From contig NC_068992.1 of NCBI RefSeq assembly GCF_001194135.2, forward strand, positions 29,445,304 to 29,495,849: DNA of 50,546 bases, written 5' to 3'. Every line of letters begins with the position of its first letter. Position 1 is the stretch's first letter. The stretch comes from Octopus bimaculoides (Eukaryota). A model generated the notes under the pieces. It was not told the DNA's origin. It made no database searches and was given only the letters and a program-made list of their open reading frames with translations. This document shows positions 50,329 through 50,546 of the stretch, piece after piece. The position numbers were made by a program, and so were the translations under genes.

Positions 50329-50546
50329 CTACACCTTAGCCCTTTCATGGCGTCTGATGTGGCTTTTTAAACCAGACAGTGTTTTGAAAAAACACCCACA
50401 CAGATTGCACCTCTGATTTGCACTACCAATACCTGCAAGTAAGTTCTGCTCATTGTGGATCCTAACATGTCTTTTAAGACCCCCATTGGATTTGCAAACC
50501 CTCTGGCACACACCACATTCAAACGTGTGCACAGACATATAATCAG
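50329..50546 (-). CDS. Partial ORF end with two C2H2 zinc fingers, most likely the C-terminus of an RTE-clade LINE ORF
   Basis: CGVCQRVCKSNGGLKRHVRIH and CNLCGCFFKTLSGLKSHIRRH. The frame is open to the window edge, there is no TGEKPY linker, and a 45-bp 3' UTR is followed directly by a dinucleotide tail. Confidence 0.65.
   Translation of the reverse strand, partial: DYMSVHTFECGVCQRVCKSNGGLKRHVRIHNEQNLLAGIGSANQRCNLCGCFFKTLSGLKSHIRRHERAKV

Noticed and set aside
50329-50538. Member of the cephalopod C2H2 zinc-finger gene clusters
   Set aside because: Not preferred: it lacks TGEKP linkers and is followed at once by a LINE-like tail. It is kept as an alternative in the findings.

Overview
AT-rich, microsatellite-dense animal genomic DNA from a gapped short-read assembly (seven N-runs). 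The SINE families and simple-repeat landscape point to an octopod cephalopod; this is an inference from recalled repeat consensus, not a database hit. No intact host gene can be supported, so the window looks intronic or intergenic. It is a layered set of retroelement and transposon remnants: a Penelope-like RT/GIY-YIG relic split by a SINE, the 3' end of an R4/Dong-type element inside (TAA)n, two L1/Tx1 ORF2 C-terminal fragments, a probable RTE LINE 3' end with two C2H2 fingers at the right edge, weak Tc1/mariner relics, many tRNA-derived SINEs and two long-inverted-repeat (MITE/foldback) elements. The most interesting signal is a near-intact minimal type I hammerhead ribozyme with a palindromic ACGU stem III (20035-20080). 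It sits inside an unclassified ~520-bp non-coding repeat, and a decayed hammerhead of the same architecture lies at 1580-1615. Most long ORFs in the supplied track are artefacts of microsatellites or N-gaps.
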